Shown here: positions 54,637-64,000 of the stretch, piece after piece
Layout: each line of letters opens with the position of its first letter
Position numbering within the stretch: the first letter of the stretch is position 1
DNA from: Planctomycetota bacterium
GTDB taxonomy: Bacteria > Planctomycetota > B15-G4 > SIAN01
Direction of reading: 5' to 3'
Assembly: GCA_031409275.1 (NCBI GenBank)
Contig: JANNXA010000027.1
Coordinates: 1-64,000, forward strand
DNA: 64,000 nucleotides
Program-made: the position numbers and the translations under genes
The notes under the pieces: model-generated
The model's input: the letters and a program-made list of their open reading frames with translations, nothing else
Database searches by the model: none
Told to the model about the DNA's origin: nothing

Positions 54637-56440
54637 GGCCGCTGCCCTTCGGCGCGTCGATCGGCAATTCGAGACTCAGGTAGCCCACGAGCATCTCGTC
54701 GAACGTCTGCTCGCCGAAGCGCACCCTCGCGCTGGGGTCGGGGTTGCTCGGGTTGGCGGCCGAGTTGTCGAACACCGCCGTCACGCGCACCGTGTCCCCG
54801 GCGTCGAGTTCGATGGGGTGCTCGAACTGGTAGGTGTGCTGCCACTCGAAGTCGTAGCGCGGCACGTCGAGCAGGATGCGCGCGACGCCGGCGCGTTCGA
54901 GCTCGACACGGAACGACTTGCCGCGCACATGCAGATGCGGCATCAACGACAGGAGGCGTGTCGGCGCGCGGAACGTCGAGCTGGCGGAGAACTCGGCCGC
55001 CTCCGCATGCGGCGGAATGACGAAGCTCATGTTCATCACGGCGCGCGCCGCGACTTCGTGAGTCGGCGTCTGGCGCGCGAAACGGAGCGCCATGCGCGTG
55101 CGATCGCGAGTCGCCTTGCCGTTGGGCGTGTAGTGGAGCTGGAACAGGAAGCGAGCGCCAGCCGGGACTCGCTTGGCGCGACCGTCGGTGAGTTCGATGG
55201 CGCGACCGCCCGGCACGAGCTGCGCGAAGTGGTTCGTGCCCGACTGCGCTTCAGGGCCCGCCAGCGCCTGCTGGGCGGTCTGGCCCGGGCCGATCAGGAA
55301 GACCATCACGTGGTGGGTCACCGCCGGCGCGGTCGGTTGGATCTCGACGCCATCGACCCAATGCTCCTGCGTGAAGCCCGGATCGACGACCACGTAGCGA
55401 TAGGGGAGGACGCCGGTCGCGGCGATCTCCTGCGGCTCGGGAAGCTCGACCACCGCGTCGGGCGCGCCGATCGCCCAGGTCGCATCGGCGAAGGTCGGCT
55501 CCCGCGGCGCGTCGGCCCGATCGCCGAGTTTCGCGCCGCTCGCCGCCCACAGCTCGAGCGTGCGAATCTCGGTCTCGGTGAGGCGTCGTTCGTTGCGGAA
55601 GTGGCCGAAGCGCGGGTTCGCGTGCCATGGCGGCATGCGGCCCTCGCCGGTCACCTCGGCGATCATCGGCGCGAAGCCCGCTGCCGTCTCGGCATCGAGC
55701 AGGCTCATCGGGCCCGCCTGGCCGGGGCGGTGGCATTCGCCGCAGTTCGTCCAGAGGATCGGCGCCACGTCGCGGAAGAAGGTGACGTCGGCCTGCTCCG
55801 GTTTGCGGTTCACCCGGCCGACGAGGCAGCCTGGCGCCTCGGTGCGGACCGGATCGATCGTCTCGCCCGCCAGCGCCGCTTCGAGCGCGTCGATCAGGAA
55901 GTCGTTCAGCGGTTGCGGGCGCGACGCGCCGACGGAGTACTGGTCGTCGACGGCGCCGCGGTAGAGCAGGCGGAACTCCGCGTCGAGTACGAAGACTTCG
56001 GTGGTGCGCTCGACGCCGAGGCGATCGGTCACCACCTGCTGCGGATCGAGCAGGATCGGGAAGTCGATCTGCGCGTCGCGCGCGAACTGCGTGACCTCGT
56101 CGGCGTCATCCTGCAGGTTCGGGTCGATGCCGAGGAAGCGCACGCCGCGGTCGCGGTAGTCGCGCTCGAGGCGGCCGAGTCGCGGCGCGAGCTTGCGCGT
56201 GATCGGGCACTCGACGCCGGTGAACGCGAGCACGGTGAGCGTGCGCCCCTCCTGCTCGACGACCAGCGAGCGGCGGGAACCATCCGCGGCGTCGAGGAGG
56301 AAGTCGTCGAGCGGGATGGGAGAGGCCATGACCTCGAGATCTTCGGGAAGCGCCTCCATTCGGCACGGGCGGTCACCGAGGGGCGCCACCTCCTGAACCG
56401 GCGGCAGCGCCAGCAGCAGCGCGAGCGCGGCGGCGGTCAT
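54626..56440 (-). CDS. Redoxin + cytochrome c + copper type II monooxygenase-like protein (paralogue 3)
   Basis: Signal; FTGVECP, YRGAVDDQY, APGC; CGECH; THHV, FQLHY, MPHLH, DEM. Confidence 0.87.
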   Translation of the reverse strand: MTAAALALLLALPPVQEVAPLGDRPCRMEALPEDLEVMASPIPLDDFLLDAADGSRRSLVVEQEGRTLTVLAFTGVECPITRKLAPRLGRLERDYRDRGVRFLGIDPNLQDDADEVTQFARDAQIDFPILLDPQQVVTDRLGVERTTEVFVLDAEFRLLYRGAVDDQYSVGASRPQPLNDFLIDALEAALAGETIDPVRTEAPGCLVGRVNRKPEQADVTFFRDVAPILWTNCGECHRPGQAGPMSLLDAETAAGFAPMIAEVTGEGRMPPWHANPRFGHFRNERRLTETEIRTLELWAASGAKLGDRADAPREPTFADATWAIGAPDAVVELPEPQEIAATGVLPYRYVVVDPGFTQEHWVDGVEIQPTAPAVTHHVMVFLIGPGQTAQQALAGPEAQSGTNHFAQLVPGGRAIELTDGRAKRVPAGARFLFQLHYTPNGKATRDRTRMALRFARQTPTHEVAARAVMNMSFVIPPHAEAAEFSASSTFRAPTRLLSLMPHLHVRGKSFRVELERAGVARILLDVPRYDFEWQHTYQFEHPIELDAGDTVRVTAVFDNSAANPSNPDPSARVRFGEQTFDEMLVGYLSLELPIDAPKGSGLTR

Positions 56441-56444
56441 TGGC

Positions 56445-58187
56445 TCACTCCTGCGCGCCCGCCGGCGGCGGCGCGGTCGGGTCGTACCAGTCGAAGTAGC
56501 CGATCATCATCTCTTCGAACGACTGGTCGCCCCAGGTGACCGTCTTGCTCGGATCGGGGTTGTGGGGGTTCTCCTTCGAATTGTCGTAGATCGCGGTCAG
56601 GTGGATCTTGTCGCCACGCTTGAGTTTGATCGGGACGAGCGGCTCGTAGGAGATCTGCCAGTTGAAGTCGTAGCGCGGCACGTCGAGCAGGATGCGCCGC
56701 TCGCCGTCGCGCTCGAGTTCGTAGCGCATCGACTTGCCGCGCACGTGCATGTGGGGCGTCATCTCGAGCAGCAGCCCGTCCTGCTCAACCTTGCGGATCG
56801 CGGTGAAGGTCGCCTCCCCGTCATGCGGCTTGATCCGGAAGTCGAACTTCATGACGGCGTCGTTCTTCAACTCGGTCGTCACCGGCACGCGCGTGCGCCG
56901 GAACGCGACGCGAGTGCGATCGGTGGCGGCGGTGCCGTTGGGGTTGTAGTGCAGCTCGAAGAGGAGCGTCGACCCCTTGGCGATGCGGATCGCCTGGCCG
57001 TCGGGGAGGTTGAGCGGGTCGGTGCCGGGCGCCCAGCCGGCCAGCGCGCCGAGCGAGAGGACGCCGATCGGGTTGCTCAGCACCTCGCTCGCCTTCTTGC
57101 CGGGCGGCAGCACGTAGGCGATCACGTGGTGAGTCTGCTTGCGGGCGGTCGGGGCGCAGTCGGAAGCCTGGATCCACTGATCTTCGGTGAAGCCCGGGTC
57201 GACCTCGGCGTAGCGGTACTGCACCACGCCCTCGGCCGGGATCGGCTGCGGCTCGGGCAGCTCGACGACGACGTCGGGCGACTCGATGCGCCACTCCGGA
57301 TCGGCGAAGGTCGGTGGTGCGGGCGCCTTGGCGAGGTCGCCCTTGGGCGCACCCTGCGCCGCGAAAAGTTCGAGCGTCTTCTTCTCCGTTTCGGTCAGGC
57401 GGCGCTCGTTCTTCCAGTGGCCGTGGCGCGGGTCGGCGAACCACGGCGGCATCCGGGTCGACGCCGTCACCTCGGCGATCATGGGCGCCCAGCTGGCCGC
57501 GTCGTCGTAGTCGAGCAGTTCCATCGGCGCCGGCTGCCCCGGCCGATGGCACTCGGCGCAATGGCGGTGGAGCAGCGGCGCGACGTGCTCGGCGAAGTTG
57601 ACCGCGCGCGGCTTGGCGCTGGCCCAGAGGTCGGCGCCGTTCTCCGCCACTCCGGCGGGATCGATCTCCTCGCCGGCGAGGAAGGCGTCCAGCGCGTTGC
57701 CGAGGTAGTCGTTGTTCGCCGTCGCGGCGAGGCGCTTGCCATCGAAGCGGTCGTTCGCCGGGCCGCGGTAGACGACCGTGAAGTCACTGTCGAGCAGCAG
57801 GAGCGTGCCCGCCTGCTTCACGCCCGCATCCATGGCGACCACGAGATCGGGATCGAGCAACACCGGCACCTGCGCTTTGGCGAGTTCGGCGAAGAGCGGC
57901 TCGCTGCCGCCCCGCGCGCTGAGCGCGAGCCAGGTGATCTCGCCGCTGCCCCGTTCGACGGCGGCGGCCGCCAGTGCTTCGATCGCGGCGCGCGACGCGG
58001 GATCGTCCGGCTCGATGAAGGCGAGCACCGTCGCAAGGCGCCCAGCGCGTTCGGAGTAGAGGCTGTGGCGCGCGCCGTTGCCGTCGGCGAGCAGGAACTC
58101 GGCGAGCGTGCGGCCTGCCGGCGCGGCGTCATCGCCGGCAGAGGAGGAGAGCGTCGCGAGCGTGAACGCGTGGAACAGGAAACTCAT
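56445..58187 (-). CDS. Cys-less redoxin-like + cytochrome c + copper type II monooxygenase-like protein (paralogue 2)
   Basis: FIEPDDP (no Cys), YRGPANDRF; CAECH; THHV, FELHY, TPHMH, EEM. Confidence 0.87.
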   Translation of the reverse strand: MSFLFHAFTLATLSSSAGDDAAPAGRTLAEFLLADGNGARHSLYSERAGRLATVLAFIEPDDPASRAAIEALAAAAVERGSGEITWLALSARGGSEPLFAELAKAQVPVLLDPDLVVAMDAGVKQAGTLLLLDSDFTVVYRGPANDRFDGKRLAATANNDYLGNALDAFLAGEEIDPAGVAENGADLWASAKPRAVNFAEHVAPLLHRHCAECHRPGQPAPMELLDYDDAASWAPMIAEVTASTRMPPWFADPRHGHWKNERRLTETEKKTLELFAAQGAPKGDLAKAPAPPTFADPEWRIESPDVVVELPEPQPIPAEGVVQYRYAEVDPGFTEDQWIQASDCAPTARKQTHHVIAYVLPPGKKASEVLSNPIGVLSLGALAGWAPGTDPLNLPDGQAIRIAKGSTLLFELHYNPNGTAATDRTRVAFRRTRVPVTTELKNDAVMKFDFRIKPHDGEATFTAIRKVEQDGLLLEMTPHMHVRGKSMRYELERDGERRILLDVPRYDFNWQISYEPLVPIKLKRGDKIHLTAIYDNSKENPHNPDPSKTVTWGDQSFEEMMIGYFDWYDPTAPPPAGAQE

Positions 58188-58188
58188 C

Positions 58189-59964
58189 TCAGCGCTCCTC
58201 GATGTAGTCGATGTAGCCGATCATCATTTCCTCGTACGTCTGGTCGCCCCAGCTCACCGCGGTGTCGGGATTGGGATTGAAGGGGTTGCTCTTCGAGTTG
58301 TTGTAGGCGGCGGTGCAGAAGATCGTCTCGCCAGCGGCGAAGCGGACCGTCTCCTTCGGCAGATAGAAGTTCTGCCAGTTGAAGTCGTAGACGGGGACAT
58401 CGCACAGGACGGTGCGAACTTCGTCCTCGCCCTTGGCCGAGAGGCGTTCGAACTTGAAGGCGGTCCCGCGCGTGTGCATGTGCGGGAACATCGAGATCAG
58501 ACGCGTCGCCTTCGGGAAGGTGAACTGCGCGGTCGTCTCGTAGCGCGGGGTATTCGCCGGGATGCGCAGCTTGTAGGAGAAGACGCCGCGCGTCTTCACC
58601 TCGTCCTTCGGGGGGCTCTTGCAGAACTTGAGCCCGAGCATGGTCTGGTCGCTGGTCGCCTTGCCGTTGGGCGTGTAGTGCAGCTGGAAGAGGAACTTCG
58701 CCCCCTTCTCGATCTTCTTGCCGGCCCCCTCGGGATAGAGGTTGGGTCGGCAGCCTGGCACCTGCACCGCGAAGTAGCCGGCGCCAATGATCGAGCCATC
58801 CTGCAATCCGGTCAGCGCCGACATCGGCGTCTTGCCGGGCGGGATGTAGAGCGCGAGCACGTGGTGGGTGGCGTCGCGCGCGGTCGGACGGATCTCGCAG
58901 GCCTGGACCCAGCGATCTTCGGTGAAGTGCGGATCGACGAGTTCGTAGCGATAGTCGAGGTAGCCGTCTGCCGGGATCGACTGCGGCTTGTCGAGCTGCA
59001 CGATCAGGTCGGGCGTGCCCATCGCCCAGCCGTCGTCGGCGAAGGTCGGAGGCGCCGCCTTCCTGGTGGCGTCGCCCGCGGGCGCCCCTTCCGCCGCCCA
59101 TCGGGTGAGCAGCGCCTTCTCGGTGTCGGTCAGGCGCCGCTCGTTCTCGAAGTGGCCGTAGCGGGGATCGGCGTGCCAAGGCGGCATGCGGCCGCTTCCG
59201 ACCACCTCGGAGATCTGCGGTGCCCATCCCTGCGCGTCGTCGAAGTCGAGCAGCGCCATCGGTCCGACCTGGCCGGGCCGGTGGCACTCTGCGCATTGCG
59301 TGTGCAGGATCGGCGCGACTTCGCCGTGGAAGGTCACCTTGCGCTTGCTGCCGGCGAGCGGCTGGCCGGGCGCCGGCGTCGTCGCCGTGGCAGGCGCCTC
59401 TTCGATCAGCAGCGCTTCGAGCGCATCGGCCACCCATTCGTGGCTGGCGTGCGCCGCGCTGCCGCTCGCCGTGTGGCGATCGTCGATTGCTCCGCGATAG
59501 ACCGGCACGAGGTGGCGATCGATCACGACGGCGGCCGCTCCGCGGTCGAGCTCGAAGCGCGGGGCGACCACGTTCTGCGGATCGAGCAGCAGTGGCTGCG
59601 GCAGCCCGAGGCGCTTGCCGAAGGTAGTAGCGGACGCTCGGTCGCAATCGGCGGTCGCGTCGATGAAGAGGAAGGTGAAGCCCTGGTCGACGTAGTCGGC
59701 GGCGAGCTTCGCGAGGGTGGGACCGTACTTCGCGCTCACCGCGCAGCGCTCATCGAGGAACGCGACGACGGTGCCGACGCGACCCGGGCGCTCGGCCCAG
59801 AGCGAGACGTGCTCGCCGGCCGACGACTCGAGCACGAATTCGGGCGCGATGGCGGGCGGCTCCGCTTCGTTGGCCACCTCTCCGACGCTGGCGACGCGCG
59901 CGAAGGCGGTTGCTGCAAAGCCGCAGAGCGCGAATGGGGCGACGAGGCGGGTGCGAAGGGCCAT
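58189..59964 (-). CDS. Redoxin + cytochrome c + copper type II monooxygenase-like protein (paralogue 1)
   Basis: Signal from MALRTRL; FLDERCA, YRGAIDDR; CAECH; THHV, FQLHY, FPHMH, EEM. Confidence 0.87.
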   Translation of the reverse strand: MALRTRLVAPFALCGFAATAFARVASVGEVANEAEPPAIAPEFVLESSAGEHVSLWAERPGRVGTVVAFLDERCAVSAKYGPTLAKLAADYVDQGFTFLFIDATADCDRASATTFGKRLGLPQPLLLDPQNVVAPRFELDRGAAAVVIDRHLVPVYRGAIDDRHTASGSAAHASHEWVADALEALLIEEAPATATTPAPGQPLAGSKRKVTFHGEVAPILHTQCAECHRPGQVGPMALLDFDDAQGWAPQISEVVGSGRMPPWHADPRYGHFENERRLTDTEKALLTRWAAEGAPAGDATRKAAPPTFADDGWAMGTPDLIVQLDKPQSIPADGYLDYRYELVDPHFTEDRWVQACEIRPTARDATHHVLALYIPPGKTPMSALTGLQDGSIIGAGYFAVQVPGCRPNLYPEGAGKKIEKGAKFLFQLHYTPNGKATSDQTMLGLKFCKSPPKDEVKTRGVFSYKLRIPANTPRYETTAQFTFPKATRLISMFPHMHTRGTAFKFERLSAKGEDEVRTVLCDVPVYDFNWQNFYLPKETVRFAAGETIFCTAAYNNSKSNPFNPNPDTAVSWGDQTYEEMMIGYIDYIEER

Positions 59965-60035
59965 CGAGCGATCCTCAGAAGTCGGCGGCGAACCGGGATC
60001 GCGGCGTTCTAGCACACCGCGAACCGCAGTCGGAG

Positions 60036-60506
60036 TCAGCTCGACGCGTCTGCGCTGGCGGAGTCGTCCGACGCGGAGAGGGTTGGAATCGGCTCTTTCG
60101 GTGCGGGTCGCTGCCAGCGGCCGAGCCGCCGGTCGCGCATCGCCTTGGCGAAGCGCTGCTCGGCGTGGCAGGCGACTGTCGCAACGCGCCCGCACCAGCC
60201 CGGCCAACGGGAACTCGCCCGAAGCAACAGCTTGCCGCGCGTGCGAAACCAGCGGATCACTGGATGGTGGCGCCCGATCAATGCGACGCCGCATGGGATC
60301 ACGATCACCGCCGGATTGAGCGGCATCACGATGCCGAGCAGGCCGACCCCCAGCACGATCCAGCCGGCGATTGCGCGCAGTTGCGCCAACACGGTGCGCC
60401 GCGCGTTCGCATGGACGCGCAGCCGAGGCGGCAGCGAGCGCGGGTGGCCGCCGGTCAGAAGACGCGGCAGCGAGGCGCGCCGATGGCAACGCGGCGCGGC
60501 CCTCAT
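60036..60506 (-). CDS. Small membrane protein (PGPGW-like hairpin)
   Basis: IAGWIVLGVGLLGIVMPLNPAVIVIPCGVALI; ATGA overlap with mqnD. Confidence 0.55.
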   Translation of the reverse strand: MRAAPRCHRRASLPRLLTGGHPRSLPPRLRVHANARRTVLAQLRAIAGWIVLGVGLLGIVMPLNPAVIVIPCGVALIGRHHPVIRWFRTRGKLLLRASSRWPGWCGRVATVACHAEQRFAKAMRDRRLGRWQRPAPKEPIPTLSASDDSASADASS

Positions 60507-61336
60507 GTTCCGAGCACTTCAAGTGGCGGGGACGTTGCCGCCACGACGCCCGCGCTTCGCAACGCCGTAGCGAAACGGTGGAGCGCGTCGGCGCCGCGTG
60601 CGCCGAGCGTGTGGGTGAGTTCGTTCACGTAGAGATCGACGTGTTGCCAGATCGCCGCCGGCGCGAGTTCCTGCGCGTGACGCTGCATGGTCGCGAACGC
60701 GGCGTCTCGATCGGCGTGCGCCGCCGCGAGCGACGCGCGCAACGCTCGCGTGAGGCGCGCGTGCACGTCGGCTCCCAGATCGCGGCGCGCCAGCAGTCCG
60801 CCCAGCGGCTGCGGCGCGCGCCACTGCTCCTCGTAGCGCGCACCGAGGTCCGCTCGACAATGAAGTCCGCGCTCGCGATAGGTGAAGCGCCCTTCATGGA
60901 TCACGACTCCGGCGTCCGCCTCGCCGCGCAACAGCGCCGGCATGATCTGCGCGAAGTGGACGTGACGCACGTGGGTCACTTCTGGCAGCAGCAGGCGCAG
61001 CAGTGCGTTCGCCGTGGTGCCGCCACCGGGAGTCAACACCTTCGCGTCGGCAGCGGGGGGCGGGCCTGGCGTGCGCGCCACCACCAGCGGCCCGACTCCG
61101 AGTCCGATCGCCGCGCCCACCGGCAGCACTCCGAAGAGGTGCGCCAGATGGAACGCCTGCGCGAAGCTCGCCTTGCCGACCGCCAGCGCGCCGCTGGCGA
61201 GCTGCAAGTTCAACTCCTCGATGTCGAGCAGTACGAACTCGAGGTCGAGGCCGGCGCGATCGCTGGTTCCGGAAAGGAGGCCATGGAACGCGAAGGTGTC
61301 GTTGGGGCAGGTCGAGAGGCCGACGCGCAGCTTCAT
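60503..61336 (-). CDS. mqnD: 1,4-dihydroxy-6-naphthoate synthase
   Basis: STCPNDTFAF, DIEELN, GVGPL, TTANALL, GVVIHEGRFTY, PLGG, HVDLYVN. Confidence 0.93.
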   Translation of the reverse strand: MKLRVGLSTCPNDTFAFHGLLSGTSDRAGLDLEFVLLDIEELNLQLASGALAVGKASFAQAFHLAHLFGVLPVGAAIGLGVGPLVVARTPGPPPAADAKVLTPGGGTTANALLRLLLPEVTHVRHVHFAQIMPALLRGEADAGVVIHEGRFTYRERGLHCRADLGARYEEQWRAPQPLGGLLARRDLGADVHARLTRALRASLAAAHADRDAAFATMQRHAQELAPAAIWQHVDLYVNELTHTLGARGADALHRFATALRSAGVVAATSPPLEVLGT

Positions 61337-62015
61337 TGCGGCAGCGCCTCGATCCAGGCGTCGAGCGCGCGCCGGCAGGCTGCGAGCGCCGGCTCCATGC
61401 GCCAGCCGGAATGGTCGCGATCGCCCGCCTCATTGCTGGCGCCGCGCAGGATGGTCAGCGGCACGCGCGCGACGCGAGCGGCCAGCGCGACGGCGTAGCC
61501 CTCCATCTCTTCGGCGAGCGCTTGGGGATGGCGGCGTCGGCGCGCCTGCGCTTGCGAGCGCGAGCCGGCGGCCGCAGCAACCGAAAGCAGGGCGCCGTGC
61601 ACGAGATCGCGTCGCGTCGGCGTCGTCAGCGCGATGGGCGCGAGCGATCCATCCCCAGCCAACGCCACCGGCAGCGGCGGCTCGGCGAGCGGCGCGAAGC
61701 TTTCGCCGTCGCCGGCGCCGATCCCGTCGCAGGCGACGCTCTCCGCCACCATCACGCGGCCGATCGGGAACGCTTCGGGGTCGAGCGTGCCGGCACTGCC
61801 GACCAGGAGCGCCGCGTCGGGCGCCAGCTTCGCGAACCAGCGGCCGCAGGTCGCGCCGGCGGCGGCGAGTCCGCAGCCGCTCAGCGCCACGCGCACGCTG
61901 CGGCCGGCGAGGGTGGCGAGTCGCGGTGCCCCGAGTCCTTGGCCGAGGTTGCCCAGCAGCAGCTCCGCTTCGCGAAGCGTCGGCACCAGCACCAGCAATC
62001 GCGAACGGCGTGCGC

Positions 62016-62019
<4 letters not shown>
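61333..62019 (-). CDS. mqnB: Futalosine hydrolase
   Basis: LVPTLRE, SGCGLAAA, LVGSAG, EEMEGYAVALA, LRGASNEAGDRD..W; coupled to mqnD. Confidence 0.85.
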
Positions 62020-63107
<1,088 letters not shown>

Positions 63108-63122
63108 GCGCTCTCCTTCGCG

Positions 63123-63680
63123 TCAGGCGCGCGGCGCCAGGAACTTCGCTCGGTAGTGCTTGAGCTCGATCAGCGAGGCGCGGATGTCATCGAGCGCGCG
63201 GTGGGTCTCGGGCTTCTGCGGGGCCGAGCTCGCGATCTCCGGTCGCCAGCGCCGCGCGAGCTCCTTCAGCGTGCTGACGTCGATGCAGCGGTGGTGGAGG
63301 AAGCGGTCGACGGCGCCCATCTGGCGATTCAGGAAGAGGCGATCCATCCAGATGGAGTTGCCGCACAGCGGTGCGGTGCGCTCCTTCAAGTGCTGCTGGA
63401 AGAAGCGCAGCGTCTCGAACTCCGCCTGCGATGGGCCGACGGTCGCGACGCGGCAGCGTTCCGTCAGGCCGTTCTTCGCATGCATGTCGCGCACGATCGG
63501 CTGCATCGAGTCGAGCACCTCGGCCGACCGCGCGATGGCGTGGCAGGGGCCCTCGGCGACGATCTCGAGCGAGTTGTCGGTGATCAGCGTGGCGATCTCG
63601 AGGATCACGTCCTTTCCGGGGTCGAGCCCGGTCATCTCGAGGTCCATCCAGACCAGCAGATCGTCGCGCGGTGGTGCCAT
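63123..63680 (-). CDS. orn: Oligoribonuclease
   Basis: WMDLEMTGL, ILEIAT, GNSI..DR, DVSTLKELARRW, HRALDDI. Confidence 0.95.
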   Translation of the reverse strand: MAPPRDDLLVWMDLEMTGLDPGKDVILEIATLITDNSLEIVAEGPCHAIARSAEVLDSMQPIVRDMHAKNGLTERCRVATVGPSQAEFETLRFFQQHLKERTAPLCGNSIWMDRLFLNRQMGAVDRFLHHRCIDVSTLKELARRWRPEIASSAPQKPETHRALDDIRASLIELKHYRAKFLAPRA

Positions 63681-63708
63681 GGCGCGGGATTGTAGCCCGC
63701 GCGCGACC

Positions 63709-64000
63709 TTAGCTCGCGGACGCTTCGTCGCGGCTGACCTGCCAGCGCGCGGGCAGCCAGCTCGCGAGCAGCGCCGCCGCCGGCACGACGTAGAGCGCCG
63801 CGTCGGCGTCGCGAAAGCGGATCGAGCCGTAGAAGAGCAGCGCGGTGAGCAGCGTCGACGCCACCGGCGCGAGCACGACGACCAGCGCCGCTCGCCGACG
63901 CCACCAGCACCAGAGCAGCCCCAGCAGTGCCAGCGGCCCGACCACTAGCCAGCTCGCCGCGAAGCTCCAATAGACCGCGCGATTGGTGGTAGTCCGAAAC
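63709..64000 (-). CDS. 3' end of an integral membrane protein (GT-C/PMT-like C-terminus), truncated by window edge
   Basis: Hydrophobic helices with LFYGSIRFR; frame open to the window end. Confidence 0.55.
   Translation of the reverse strand, partial: FRTTTNRAVYWSFAASWLVVGPLALLGLLWCWWRRRAALVVVLAPVASTLLTALLFYGSIRFRDADAALYVVPAAALLASWLPARWQVSRDEASAS

Overview
High-GC bacterial window, most consistent with Planctomycetota. It has a PSCyt1/PSCyt2/PSD1 + DUF1501 pair, two CRTAC1/ASPIC-UnbV genes, a Ser/Thr kinase-WD40 protein and futalosine-pathway mqnB/mqnD. About 40 real CDS are present, and most other ORF-track entries are antisense or off-frame shadows. I saw no rRNA, tRNA or CRISPR array. 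Most notable: (1) an 854-aa ORF fusing an ATP-grasp ligase, a short GT-B (SenB-like) segment and an intact-looking EgtD histidine methyltransferase, with no egtB in the window; (2) four secreted heme c (CxxCH) + PHM/DBH-like proteins that keep all six predicted copper ligands, three in tandem with fused redoxin domains and one with TPRs plus a separate redoxin; (3) an AhpC/TSA-like selenoprotein candidate truncated by the ORF track (in-frame TGA in a U-P-T-C motif, followed by a SECIS-like hairpin); (4) a Y1/RAYT HUH transposase bracketed by two nested pairs of inverted repeats; (5) an operon of three related lipoproteins of unknown function; (6) an arsM-like + CobW-like GTPase pair. Three decayed genes (DDE transposase, SOUL, MCP) are also present. 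All family assignments come from motif recognition by eye; no database searches were run.
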